From a bacterium (GTDB taxonomy: Bacteria > UBA8248), in assembly GCA_965261085.1 (NCBI GenBank), contig OZ253442.1, forward strand, positions 640,001 through 704,000: DNA of 64,000 nucleotides, read 5' to 3'. The first letter of the stretch is position 1; each line of letters opens with the position of its first letter. Under the pieces are notes generated by a model. The model did no database searches. It was not told where the DNA came from and worked only from the letters and a program-made list of their open reading frames with translations. The position numbers and the translations under genes are program-made. Positions 1 to 8,553 of this stretch are shown in pieces.

Positions 1-1
1 A

Positions 2-247
2 TACCAGCAGGTTCATCACCTGAGGATGGCCGACAGGGTGAAGATTCCAGACAGTATCTCCTATGCCGACGTGGGCCACCTGACCGCCGAGGTACGGCAG
101 CGACTCGAGGAAATACGCCCCAAAACCCTCGGGCAGGCTAGCCGCATCTCGGGCGTGACGCCCGCCGCGGTCGCTGTTCTGGAAGTCTACATTCGCAAGC
201 AAAACGGAAATTCCCGGGAGCAGGCCCTTTCATCGGCGCATAGCTAG
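2..247 (+). CDS. mnmG: tRNA uridine-5-carboxymethylaminomethyl modification enzyme MnmG/GidA, C-terminal end (5' truncated by window)
   Basis: C-terminal signature ...LEEIRPKTLGQASRISGVTPAAVAVL; frame open from nt 2; lies upstream of parAB as usual. Confidence 0.88.
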   Translation, partial: YQQVHHLRMADRVKIPDSISYADVGHLTAEVRQRLEEIRPKTLGQASRISGVTPAAVAVLEVYIRKQNGNSREQALSSAHS

Positions 248-473
248 TCATCGACCGGGCGGGGCCACTCCCCCTTCAGATCAGCATGTAGGGATAGGTC
301 GTGACCCGTCCCCACGTTCTATTGGTCGGCAATCCCGACTTCTGTATTCTGAAATACCCATGAACATCCTTTCCCCGCTTATTGCCGGCCATGATGTAAA
401 TATTTGATAATGATGGACTAAGCGAATCGGGCCGAGACCTCCGTTATGATATGTTTGTCTGCAGAAGGACTAT

Positions 474-713
474 ATGGCCATGAAAATTGAATGTAGACAT
501 TGCGGTTACTACCGACGGAACATCTCCCAGCTTGACGACACCGGGGAGTGTCAACGAATCGGGCGAGACGAACCGATTCCCACAACCGCGGACAGCTTTT
601 GCCCCTACTTCAAAGACATCATGGACCTCGTCAGGGAAAGATTCGAGTCTCTCCGCCGCCTCGAAGGGGGAGCCTGGGCGGGGCGAGAGAAGAAAAACTT
701 CCTGGAGTTGTAA
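474..713 (+). CDS. small Cys-rich hypothetical protein (possible metal binding)
   Basis: 79 aa with CxxC...GxC...CxxF; AGGA upstream of ATG. Confidence 0.45.
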   Translation: MAMKIECRHCGYYRRNISQLDDTGECQRIGRDEPIPTTADSFCPYFKDIMDLVRERFESLRRLEGGAWAGREKKNFLEL

Positions 714-848
714 AATCAGCCAAATAAGAACTTTTGCCGGATAAAATGAGCCAAGGCGCAGGAAATTCACTCCACCCCCCGTTTCCACCAGGCCCATACA
801 CCAGAAAACGTAAGCCCTGAAGGCCCTTCCCGCCGGGGAGACCCCCAT

Positions 849-864
849 TGTTCCACGTGGAACA
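849..864. promoter_or_regulatory. parS: parS centromere-like site 1
   Basis: perfect palindrome TGTTCCACGTGGAACA matching the parS consensus. Confidence 0.93.
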
Positions 865-1010
865 TTATTCCGGGTTTGAAAATGAGCCGCAATGGCGCTT
901 GGATGGAAAAAGTACGCGCTTCCTGGCGGTTGGTTTTTCTCCTCTTTGACCGAAAACACCCACAGAACACCGTCATCCCGGCGTGTTTACCGCCCGTGGG
1001 CGCAGAATAG

Positions 1011-1088
1011 GTAGGGACAACCCCCCGGTGGTTGTCTTTTTTCAGGAAGGAGAGAGGGCGTAGGACAGGCGCGGGGGCCTGTCCCTAC
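1011..1088. repeat. GTAG-type REP pair (REPIN-like)
   Basis: GTAGGGACAACCCCCCGGTGGTTGTC ... GGACAGGCGCGGGGGCCTGTCCCTAC; near-identical pair at 10153-10236. Confidence 0.7.
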
Positions 1089-1166
1089 CCATTATTCGCA
1101 CCGCTAAAGGGGCGGGATTCCTCCTAAAACCCTGCTGCTCAATTTGCGGGGTTCGTCCCCTTCCAT

Positions 1167-1182
1167 TGTTCCACGTGGAACA
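1167..1182. promoter_or_regulatory. parS: parS site 2
   Basis: TGTTCCACGTGGAACA perfect palindrome. Confidence 0.93.
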
Positions 1183-1210
1183 TTTTCTCCCCCGGAATTT
1201 CAGGAAATTT

Positions 1211-1226
1211 TGTTCCACGTGAAACT
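1211..1226. promoter_or_regulatory. parS: parS site 3
   Basis: TGTTCCACGTGAAACT, one terminal mismatch to consensus. Confidence 0.85.
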
Positions 1227-1299
1227 TCCGGTTGAATTTTATGGGATGGTGTGAGAATCTTCGGTTGCGCAGCGTATTTCCATCCGCCCTGAAAAAAAC

Positions 1300-2145
1300 A
1301 TGGAAACCACACCCGGAGCGACCATCTCCTCGAGCGTTCCCGAAACCGACACGAGCGAAGGCCCGTGCACGGTCGTGGCCGTCGTGAACCAGAAAGGCGG
1401 CGTCGGCAAGACGACGACGGCCGTCAACCTGGCGGCCTGCCTCGCGGTGGCGGATCAGCCGACTCTTCTGGTCGATATGGACCCTCAATCGAACGCGACA
1501 AGCAGTTTCGGTATATTTTCGCCTCCATCTTCGCTCTACAGAGCGCTCGTGCTGGGAGATTCGATTGATGATAATTCCTTGTATGATACTGAATTTATAG
1601 GATTAAGAATTTTAGCTTCTTCCATCGACCTGGCGGGCGCGGAGGTGGAAATCGCGGATTTGCCGCAAAGGGAGAGTCGCTTGCTGAACGTTATCGAGCC
1701 GCTCCGCAGCCGGTTCCGCTACATTCTCATCGACTGTCCGCCCTCTCTGGGTTTTCTCACCCTGAACGGCCTGCGGGCGGCGGATGAGGTGCTCATCCCC
1801 ATTCAGGCGGAGTATTTCGCGCTCGAGGGACTGGCCCGCTTGATGAAAACGGTGGAGCGGATACGCGGGAGCGTTCACCCCGATCTCAGGATAGGCGGAA
1901 TCCTGCTGACGATGTATGATTCGAGAACAAACCTTTCGCGTCAGGTGAACGAGGATTTGCGCTCCCATCTGCCGGAGTTGACCTACCGGGTCGTAATTCC
2001 CAGGAACGTGCGCCTCGCCGAGGCGCCGAGCCACGGGAAGCCGGTGATCACATACGACATCTCCTCGCCGGGCGCGCAGGCGTATCTCGCGCTGGCGAGC
2101 GAGTTCATCGCGCGCTCGAATGAAAGGATGAAAAACCAGACATGA
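1300..2145 (+). CDS. parA: chromosome partitioning ATPase ParA/Soj
   Basis: deviant Walker A NQKGGVGKTTT, DMDPQSNAT, IDCPPSLG, IPRNVRLAEAPSHG. Confidence 0.96.
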   Translation: METTPGATISSSVPETDTSEGPCTVVAVVNQKGGVGKTTTAVNLAACLAVADQPTLLVDMDPQSNATSSFGIFSPPSSLYRALVLGDSIDDNSLYDTEFIGLRILASSIDLAGAEVEIADLPQRESRLLNVIEPLRSRFRYILIDCPPSLGFLTLNGLRAADEVLIPIQAEYFALEGLARLMKTVERIRGSVHPDLRIGGILLTMYDSRTNLSRQVNEDLRSHLPELTYRVVIPRNVRLAEAPSHGKPVITYDISSPGAQAYLALASEFIARSNERMKNQT

Positions 2146-3067
2146 CGACGATAAGGAAAAAAGTGCTCGGACGGGGCCTGGACGCGCTCCTGGCCTCTCA
2201 TGAGGCGGAATATCTCGCACCGACGGTCCTGGATTCTCCGGGGGGCGCCGCCGATGATTCGGGGATTCTGATGCGGCTTTCTCCTGCTCGCCTCACCCCC
2301 GGCGTTCACCAGCCGCGCATGGATTTCGACGAGGAAGACCTGGCCGAACTGGCCGAATCCGTGAGGCGCCACGGCGTGATTCAGCCATTCTGGTGAGGCG
2401 CGCCGCGAGCGGGGGATACGAGATCGTGGCCGGGGAGCGGCGCTGGCGGGCCGCCCGCCTGGCGGAAGTCGATGAGGTTCCCGCCATTCTGATCGACGCC
2501 GGCGGAGATGAGGCGCTCGAGCTGGCCATCGTCGAGAACGTGCAGCGCGCAGACCTGAATCCCATGGAAGAGGCGGCCGCATACGCGAGCATGATGGAGC
2601 GCCTGGGCCTCACGCAGGAAGAGGTCGCCTCGCGCGTGGGCAAGGACCGCTCCACCATTGCGAACTACGTCCGCCTGCTCAATCTGCCTCCATCCGTTCA
2701 GGAGAGCGTGGCCGCAGGATTGTTGTCCATGGGGCACGCCAGGGCGCTGTTGTCCTTGCGCACCGAAGAGGAGATGACCGGCCACGGCCGGGCCGCCACC
2801 GAAAAAAGACTCTCCGTGCGCCAGCTCGAGACGCGCGTGAGGCGCGCGCTCGAGGGGGGAAGCAAGGAGAAGGACACCTTCCGGCGAGCCGCCCCACGGA
2901 GCGGGCCGACGGGGCCGCAGGCGCTTTATCTTCGCGAGGCGACCGAGCGGCTGAGAGGCGCATTGGGAACGAAAGTCGCAATTTCAGGCGATGAGGAGAG
3001 CGGAAAGATAGAAATCGAGTATTATACGAGGGAAACGCTCGAGGGATTGCTCCAGCGGCTTTGTTAG
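2142..3067 (+). pseudogene. parB: ParB/Spo0J, split by a 1-nt frameshift near 2385-2387 (real or sequencing error)
   Basis: N-part LGRGLDALL...QPRMDF...HGVIQP; C-part AGERRWRAA, ENVQRADLNPMEEA, HTH; adding one base restores IQPILVRR. Confidence 0.9.
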
Positions 3068-3106
3068 CTCTGGTTTTCCTGTCGGGAATCATGCGAGGGT
3101 CGATGG

Positions 3107-3529
3107 ATGGCGAAAAACTACGAGAAGAGCATTCGCGCCTTTCTGGGGGAAGGCACCGAATTCAAAGGCGTCATATCCTTCGAGGGCACCGTGCGCGTGG
3201 ACGGTGTTCTTGAGGGAGAGGTCATCACGGATGACACCTTCATCATCGGCACGGCGGCGCAGGTGAAGGCCTATGTCAAGGCCGGCGTCGTCATCGTGAT
3301 GGGCCGGATGGAGGGGAAAATAGAGGCGAAGGAAAAGTGTGAGGTGAGGGTCGGCTCCCACGTGAGCGGTGAAATTTTTACGCCGAGCATATACATCGAA
3401 GAAGGCGCCGTGTTCGAGGGCACCTGCCACATGACGGGCGATGGCGCAGGCGCCGTAACGAGCGCCGGGGAGGCCGCGGAAGAGGTTCCCGAGGAGAGCG
3501 AAACCTCGCCTGCTCCCGAGGCGGACTGA
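3107..3529 (+). CDS. bactofilin (polymer-forming cytoskeletal protein)
   Basis: LGEGTEFKGVISFEGTVRVDG...IEEGAVFEGTCHM beta-helix repeats; acidic tail. Confidence 0.9.
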   Translation: MAKNYEKSIRAFLGEGTEFKGVISFEGTVRVDGVLEGEVITDDTFIIGTAAQVKAYVKAGVVIVMGRMEGKIEAKEKCEVRVGSHVSGEIFTPSIYIEEGAVFEGTCHMTGDGAGAVTSAGEAAEEVPEESETSPAPEAD

Positions 3530-3567
3530 CCCGGGCGGTTCGAAGCGATCAACAGAGGTAAACCCCG

Positions 3568-3837
3568 ATGGAAAATGGCCGCTCGATTCCGGGCATCGTG
3601 GCCGGTTTTCTTTTCTGGCTCGGGATCGCGTACTACTTTTATCAACGTGATTTTACGGGAGCGCTGTGGTTCGTCGCCGCCTGCGGGCTGTTGTACGGCG
3701 TCTGGCGCCTGTTCTTCTATCTTTTGGCCTCGCGCCCGAGACCCCCTCATATGCAGGATGAGGACGTCGACCCGCCCGCCCGCTCGGATCTGCCCGAATA
3801 TGATTTCAAAAACGTGAAGCCGGAGGATTTTGAATGA
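3568..3837 (+). CDS. small membrane protein, hypothetical
   Basis: two hydrophobic helices plus acidic tail; GAGG upstream. Confidence 0.6.
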   Translation: MENGRSIPGIVAGFLFWLGIAYYFYQRDFTGALWFVAACGLLYGVWRLFFYLLASRPRPPHMQDEDVDPPARSDLPEYDFKNVKPEDFE

Positions 3838-3923
3838 TGCGATTCGAGAGTCGAATTTCCTCGTCCAAGCGAATCGGACTTCTGAAAAAACCTCCTAGTT
3901 TCGGAAGAAGAGTTGTCTATGAA

Positions 3924-4121
3924 ATCACTCCCCCCTCGAGGGGGAGTCGCAGAAGCCGAGACCTCGGGCGAAGGCTGATGCGGTGGGGGGGCATGTCTCC
4001 AGCAGTCCCTCCCTCTTTGGTCGGGATTGACCCCCCACCTGCGCGACTGCGGGCTTGCGCCCTTTTCTTGCCGACAATCCCTCATTCTTCAATCGGGCTT
4101 GACCCTCAAGGGGGGAGTGAT
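3924..4121. mobile_element. MITE/REP-like composite inverted-repeat element
   Basis: ends ATCACTCCCCCCTCGAGGG (3924-3942) and CCCTCAAGGGGGGAGTGAT (4103-4121) are inverted at 18/19; half copy near 10380-10398. Confidence 0.65.
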
Positions 4122-4179
4122 AAAAATTCTGAGGGCACCAATCCTTCCCCGTCTCCCCGGCATAAAACGTAAGGCCCAA

Positions 4180-4554
4180 ATGTCCCAGTTCGTCATATAC
4201 GCCCACAGCGGCGAGCCCGAGCGCATCCATCAGATAGCCACCATGGCGGCGAGCGCCGCCGCGAACGGGGATGAGGTGCACGTCATCCTGTTCTTCGGCG
4301 CGCTCAAGCGATTCGTGGATGACGATCTCGACGCCGCACTCCCGGCGCATGAGGGCGCGCGCGGCGCGCATTCGGCGGAGGAGCTCATCGAGGCCGCCAG
4401 AAGGCTCGGCAAGCTGAAGGTCTACGCCTGCGCCGCGCAGCCCAAGCTCCTGGGGCTGGCGCCCGAGGAGGTGGCGGATGTCGTGGATGAGATAATCAGC
4501 CTGCCCGAGTTCATGAGGAAAACACATGGGGCGGAGACGAAGCTCTTCATCTGA
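4180..4554 (+). CDS. DsrE/DsrF/DrsH-like family protein
   Basis: AASAAANGDEVHVILFFGAL...GKLKVYAC pattern; ATG at 4180 preferred. Confidence 0.75.
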   Translation: MSQFVIYAHSGEPERIHQIATMAASAAANGDEVHVILFFGALKRFVDDDLDAALPAHEGARGAHSAEELIEAARRLGKLKVYACAAQPKLLGLAPEEVADVVDEIISLPEFMRKTHGAETKLFI

Positions 4555-4690
4555 GCCGCTTGTCCCATTTTCCAGCGCCGGTTTTCTCCTGGCCCCGATA
4601 ATGTGCTAGACATGATGACTCGTCGGCGTTTTATTGCGCCGAAACAAATGACGTTTTGATCTCGTTACCCGATCTCGACAGGAAATAGAC

Positions 4691-5551
4691 ATGAAATTTC
4701 TGGCGGCGGCGGCCCAGATAGGACCGAGGCTGGGCAATCTCGACGCAAATCGCGAATTGCTGGTCGATGAGGTGAAAAAAGCCGAGGAGGAGGGCGTCGA
4801 TCTCCTCGTCTTTCCCGAACTTTCGCTGACCGGCTATTTTTTGAAGGACATGGTTCCCGAGGTGGCCATCCGGCGCAATACCGGGCCCATGAAGGAAATC
4901 GCCGCCCTGAGCAAAAAAGTCTCCCTGGTGGTGGGCTTCGTGGAGGAATCCGGCAGGCACGGGTTTTTCAATTCCGCCGCCTATTTTGAAAATGGAGAGT
5001 TGGTCCACGTGCACCGCAAGGTGTATCTGCCGACATACGGGCTGTTCGATGAGAACCGCTATGTGGGCAAGGGAGACAAGGTGCGCGCCTTCGATACCCG
5101 CTTCGGGCGCGCGGCCATCCTCATCTGTGAGGACGCCTGGCACCCGAGCCTGGCCGGAATCGCCTCGCTCGACGGCGCTGATTTGCTCATCGTTCCCTCG
5201 GCGAGTCCCGCGCGCGGCGTGAGCAAGGCGAACGGCGAGGGCGGCCTCGCGATTCAGCGCGTCTGGAAATCACTCACGAGAACCTACGCCGCGTCCTACA
5301 ACCAGCACGTCATCTTCAGCAACCGGGTGGGATACGAGGACGGCATCAACTTTTGGGGAGGTTCGGAAATCCTGGCGCCAAGCGGAGAGCCGCTCGCCCA
5401 GGCGGAGCGAGCAAGCGAGCAATTACTCGTCTCCGAAGTGGACACGGCGAGCGTGCGGCGGGCGCGCATCGCGTCCCCCACGCTCAGGGATGAGGACTTA
5501 CACCTCACCCTGCGTGAGCTCCGCCGCATCCAGCGCTCGCGTGAGGGGTAG
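4691..5551 (+). CDS. carbon-nitrogen hydrolase; likely stand-alone glutaminase subunit of NAD+ synthetase
   Basis: E-K-C triad motifs VFPELSLTGY, HRKVYLPTYGLFDE, ILICEDAW. Confidence 0.88.
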   Translation: MKFLAAAAQIGPRLGNLDANRELLVDEVKKAEEEGVDLLVFPELSLTGYFLKDMVPEVAIRRNTGPMKEIAALSKKVSLVVGFVEESGRHGFFNSAAYFENGELVHVHRKVYLPTYGLFDENRYVGKGDKVRAFDTRFGRAAILICEDAWHPSLAGIASLDGADLLIVPSASPARGVSKANGEGGLAIQRVWKSLTRTYAASYNQHVIFSNRVGYEDGINFWGGSEILAPSGEPLAQAERASEQLLVSEVDTASVRRARIASPTLRDEDLHLTLRELRRIQRSREG

Positions 5552-5605
5552 CAGAGGCGGGAGGACACGCAGGTCCTCCCCTACGGGCTGGTTTCGTCCG
5601 TGAAA

Positions 5606-5631
5606 CATCATTCCGGCGAATGCCGGATTTG
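5606..5631. repeat. GTCATTCCGGC-type palindromic repeat (degenerate)
   Basis: CATCATTCCGGCGAATGCCGGATTTG; same family as 7226, 7351 and 10273. Confidence 0.6.
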
Positions 5632-5710
5632 GTATAGCCAAAATGTTATGCGGCAGGACAAAAAATGAAGTTTCAACTCCCATAGATTCTCTTCCCCACC
5701 GGAGATCGCC

Positions 5711-6607
5711 ATGAAACCATTTTTCAGAAAATCATGTTTCTTCGCGTTTGCCGCTTGCTTATTCTTCCAACTGGCGCTTGTGCAAATCGCGCAAGCCCAA
5801 ATCAAAACGACCCACGTTGCGGGGGCGGTGCACATGCTTACCGGCAGAGGGGGGAACATCGGCGTATCCGCAGGCGAAGACGGCATCTTGATGGTCGACG
5901 ATAAATTCGCCCCTTTGGCCCCCAAGATAAAAGCGGCGCTGGGGGGCCTCGGCGCAAAAAAACCTCTCGCATTCGTGGTCAATACGCATTGGCACGGCGA
6001 TCATACCGGGGCGAATGAGATATTCGGCAAAGATGCGTACATTATTTCGCACGCCAACGTCCGAAAACGCCTCGCCGTGACCAGCTACGTCCTGGGCCGG
6101 ACCGTCAAGCCCAAGGCGAAGGCGGGCCTCCCCGTCATCACGTATGAAGGGTCCATTTCCGTTCATTTCAACGGAGAGGAGATTCGCATCGTTCACTACC
6201 CGAACGGCCACACGGACGGCGACAGCGTGCTCTTTTTCCCGAAATCGAACGTCGTTCATACGGGGGATTTGTTCTTCTCGGGCCGATTTCCATTCGTGGA
6301 TTTAGGCAATGGGGGCAACGTGAAAGGCCTCACGAAAAACATCGCCAAACTCATCGGGCAGATACCGAAAGACGCCAAAATCATCCCCGGCCACGGCCCG
6401 CTCTCGGGAATCAAAGAGCTCAAGGCGTACCATGCGATGCTCGTCGATACGACCCGGATCGTGCGCGAACAGATGAAGGCGGGCAAAACCCTCGCCCAGA
6501 TTCAGGCGGCGGGATTGCCTCAAAAATACACAAGCTGGGGAACGGGGTTTATTTCGGCGAAACGCTGGGTCGGAACGGTTTTCAACGGCCTGGGCGGAAA
6601 AAAATAA
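5711..6607 (+). CDS. secreted MBL-fold metallo-hydrolase (cyclase-like)
   Basis: signal peptide; NTHWHGDHTG, GHTDGD, HTGDL, IIPGHG. Confidence 0.9.
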   Translation: MKPFFRKSCFFAFAACLFFQLALVQIAQAQIKTTHVAGAVHMLTGRGGNIGVSAGEDGILMVDDKFAPLAPKIKAALGGLGAKKPLAFVVNTHWHGDHTGANEIFGKDAYIISHANVRKRLAVTSYVLGRTVKPKAKAGLPVITYEGSISVHFNGEEIRIVHYPNGHTDGDSVLFFPKSNVVHTGDLFFSGRFPFVDLGNGGNVKGLTKNIAKLIGQIPKDAKIIPGHGPLSGIKELKAYHAMLVDTTRIVREQMKAGKTLAQIQAAGLPQKYTSWGTGFISAKRWVGTVFNGLGGKK

Positions 6608-6656
6608 ATTAGCGTTTCACGACGGGATAGTCGGACCCCGCGCCGCGTGGTCGCTT

Positions 6657-7106
6657 CTATCCGGTTCGTTCGATGAGTTCGCGCAAGGCCATGCGGCTTT
6701 CCGCTTGCCCGTCGATGAGTTCGCGCAAAGCGTCGCGGCTTTGCGAGAGCGTCGCCATGGCCTCATCGTGCCTGCGGATACCTTCTTCCTCTCTACGGAT
6801 CCCCTCTTCGTCCCTGCGCCGGATATCCTCCATGGCCTCTTCGTGCCTACGGATCCCCTCCTCCTCCCTGCGCCGGGAGTCCGACATGAACTCTTCGTGC
6901 CTGCGCTCGGATTCGGCCATCACCTCATCGTGCCTGCTATGTGAGGCCGTCATCGTTTCGGTGTGCTTGCTCTCGGAGTCCGCCGCCCGCATTTCCGCGC
7001 CCCTCGCCATCTCGCGAATTCCGTAGTAGAGCAGCCCCAGGCCGCCGAAGGAGGCGAGGAGGTTGAGATAGGCGGCGAAGAGACTCAAGGATTCGTATTT
7101 CGTCAT
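6657..7106 (-). CDS. membrane-anchored coiled-coil repeat protein
   Basis: GAGGAG RBS before ATG 7106; one TM helix followed by repeated RRHEE/RRHDE/EEGIRR units. Confidence 0.75.
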   Translation of the reverse strand: MTKYESLSLFAAYLNLLASFGGLGLLYYGIREMARGAEMRAADSESKHTETMTASHSRHDEVMAESERRHEEFMSDSRRREEEGIRRHEEAMEDIRRRDEEGIRREEEGIRRHDEAMATLSQSRDALRELIDGQAESRMALRELIERTG

Positions 7107-7225
7107 GTGCTTTCTCCTCGAGTCGGATCCTCCGGCGTCTTTGGGACAATAAAGAATATAAAGAGAGAATCTGCGTCTCGTCAAATCAATCCCGGGTGGA
7201 GGGGGAGGGGTTGACCACAAAACGC

Positions 7226-7378
7226 CGTCATTCCGGCGAATGCCGGAATCCAGCGCCTTTTGTTTTTTCGTTTTTCCGTCCTATCGTGTTTTATTACCAA
7301 ACACGCCTGATGAGGGAGAAAATACCGCAGTATAGGTGCTTTCGTCGGTTCTGGATTCCGGCATGCGCCGGAATGACG
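7226..7378. repeat. inverted pair of GTCATTCCGGC palindromic repeats
   Basis: CGTCATTCCGGCGAATGCCGGAATCCAG (7226-7253) and CTGGATTCCGGCATGCGCCGGAATGACG (7351-7378). Confidence 0.75.
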
Positions 7379-7436
7379 ACACAAAAGAGAGAAACATAAA
7401 CCCTCCCTCCTCGGTCGGGTCAATTCCTTCTTCCTC

Positions 7437-7628
7437 GGGGTTGTTGAAAAAGCCTTTGTCAAGGGAGCAACCCCCCTGTCCCCCCTTGTCAGGGGGGTAA
7501 AGGCGATGCCCCCCGACGAGGGGGTGGAAGAAAAGCCCCCCTGACAAGGGGGGACAGGGGGGTTGCTTTTACCAGTCGAAAGGGGTGTCCCCTCTACTCT
7601 CTAAAAAGGGGTCTTTTTCAACAACCCC
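7437..7628. mobile_element. 192-bp MITE
   Basis: perfect 16-bp TIRs GGGGTTGTTGAAAAAG / CTTTTTCAACAACCCC; 5-bp direct repeat TCCTC on both sides; long internal inverted repeat. Confidence 0.85.
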
Positions 7629-7647
7629 TCCTCAGTCGGAATTGATC

Positions 7648-8427
7648 TCACGCGTCCCGCCATTCGGTTTTAGAGGGCAGCGCGCCGCCCCTGAAGTTGA
7701 ACAGCACGGCGGGGGCGTCGCTCGCGTTGTGCACCGAATGCCAGGCGCCGCCGGGCGTGTGCACCAGATCGCCTCGGGAGGCCTCTATCGTCTCGCCTTC
7801 GATGATGATGTTCATCCTCCCTTCCAATATGAGCGTTCCCTCGTCAATGGTTTCCTGATGGCGGTGGACGTGGGGTCTCGCGCCCGGGAGAAACGAGGCC
7901 ACCTGGCACTCGAGGTATTCCGTGGAGATGGCCTTCTGGAAGCCCTTTTGCTTCACGGATTCGGGGTCGAACGGGCTTATCAGCGAATCGACGTCGCCCT
8001 TGATGTAGGGGACGGGCGGGGCGAGTGGGTTTTGCACCGATTGCGGATCGGGATTGGGGGGCGGATCGCCCGGCGGCACGAGGAAGCCTGAGGGCATCCG
8101 GCCTCCCCGGAAGTTGAACTCTATCAATTCGTCTTGGCCGGTGTTCTTCATGTGGTGCATCGCGCCGCGCGGGTTTAAGAGCACGTTTCCCTTCCCGACT
8201 TCGAACGTAGTGCCGTCGTTGTGGATCAGTCCGCGCCCGCCATAGATGAGGTAGCCCTCGTCCATCTCCTCGTGATGCGCGTGATAGGGAGGATAGACCC
8301 CCGGCTGAAGCACGATGACCCGCACCTCGAGATTGGGCGTGTCGATGCAGATGGGTGAGCCTTTTTCGCGTGCTTCTTCCTCGTCGTAGACCCATTTGAC
8401 CTCTTCAATGTTCCCCACGTAAGGCAT
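7648..8427 (-). CDS. bicupin (two cupin domains)
   Basis: YHAHHEEMDEGY...GAMHHMKN and VHRHQETIDEGT...GAWHSVHN; GGAG before ATG 8427. Confidence 0.85.
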   Translation of the reverse strand: MPYVGNIEEVKWVYDEEEAREKGSPICIDTPNLEVRVIVLQPGVYPPYHAHHEEMDEGYLIYGGRGLIHNDGTTFEVGKGNVLLNPRGAMHHMKNTGQDELIEFNFRGGRMPSGFLVPPGDPPPNPDPQSVQNPLAPPVPYIKGDVDSLISPFDPESVKQKGFQKAISTEYLECQVASFLPGARPHVHRHQETIDEGTLILEGRMNIIIEGETIEASRGDLVHTPGGAWHSVHNASDAPAVLFNFRGGALPSKTEWRDA

Positions 8428-8553
8428 AAGAACTCCATATAATCGGTGGATGGATGAGAAAAGGGTATCCCCGGCGGCGTTGCGGAGCAAGTCGACCAAG
8501 GGCATGATAAAGACGAAAGGGCGCAAGAATATTTCTCATAGTGGAGATTCGGT

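Noticed and set aside
2394-2396. Selenocysteine readthrough at the parB TGA
   Set aside because: The downstream homologous sequence is in a different frame, so this is a frameshift
3834-4172. ORFs spanning repeat-rich intergenic DNA (also 7181-7547, 9992-10453, 60390-60825)
   Set aside because: They translate REP/MITE sequence; no RBS or protein-like motifs
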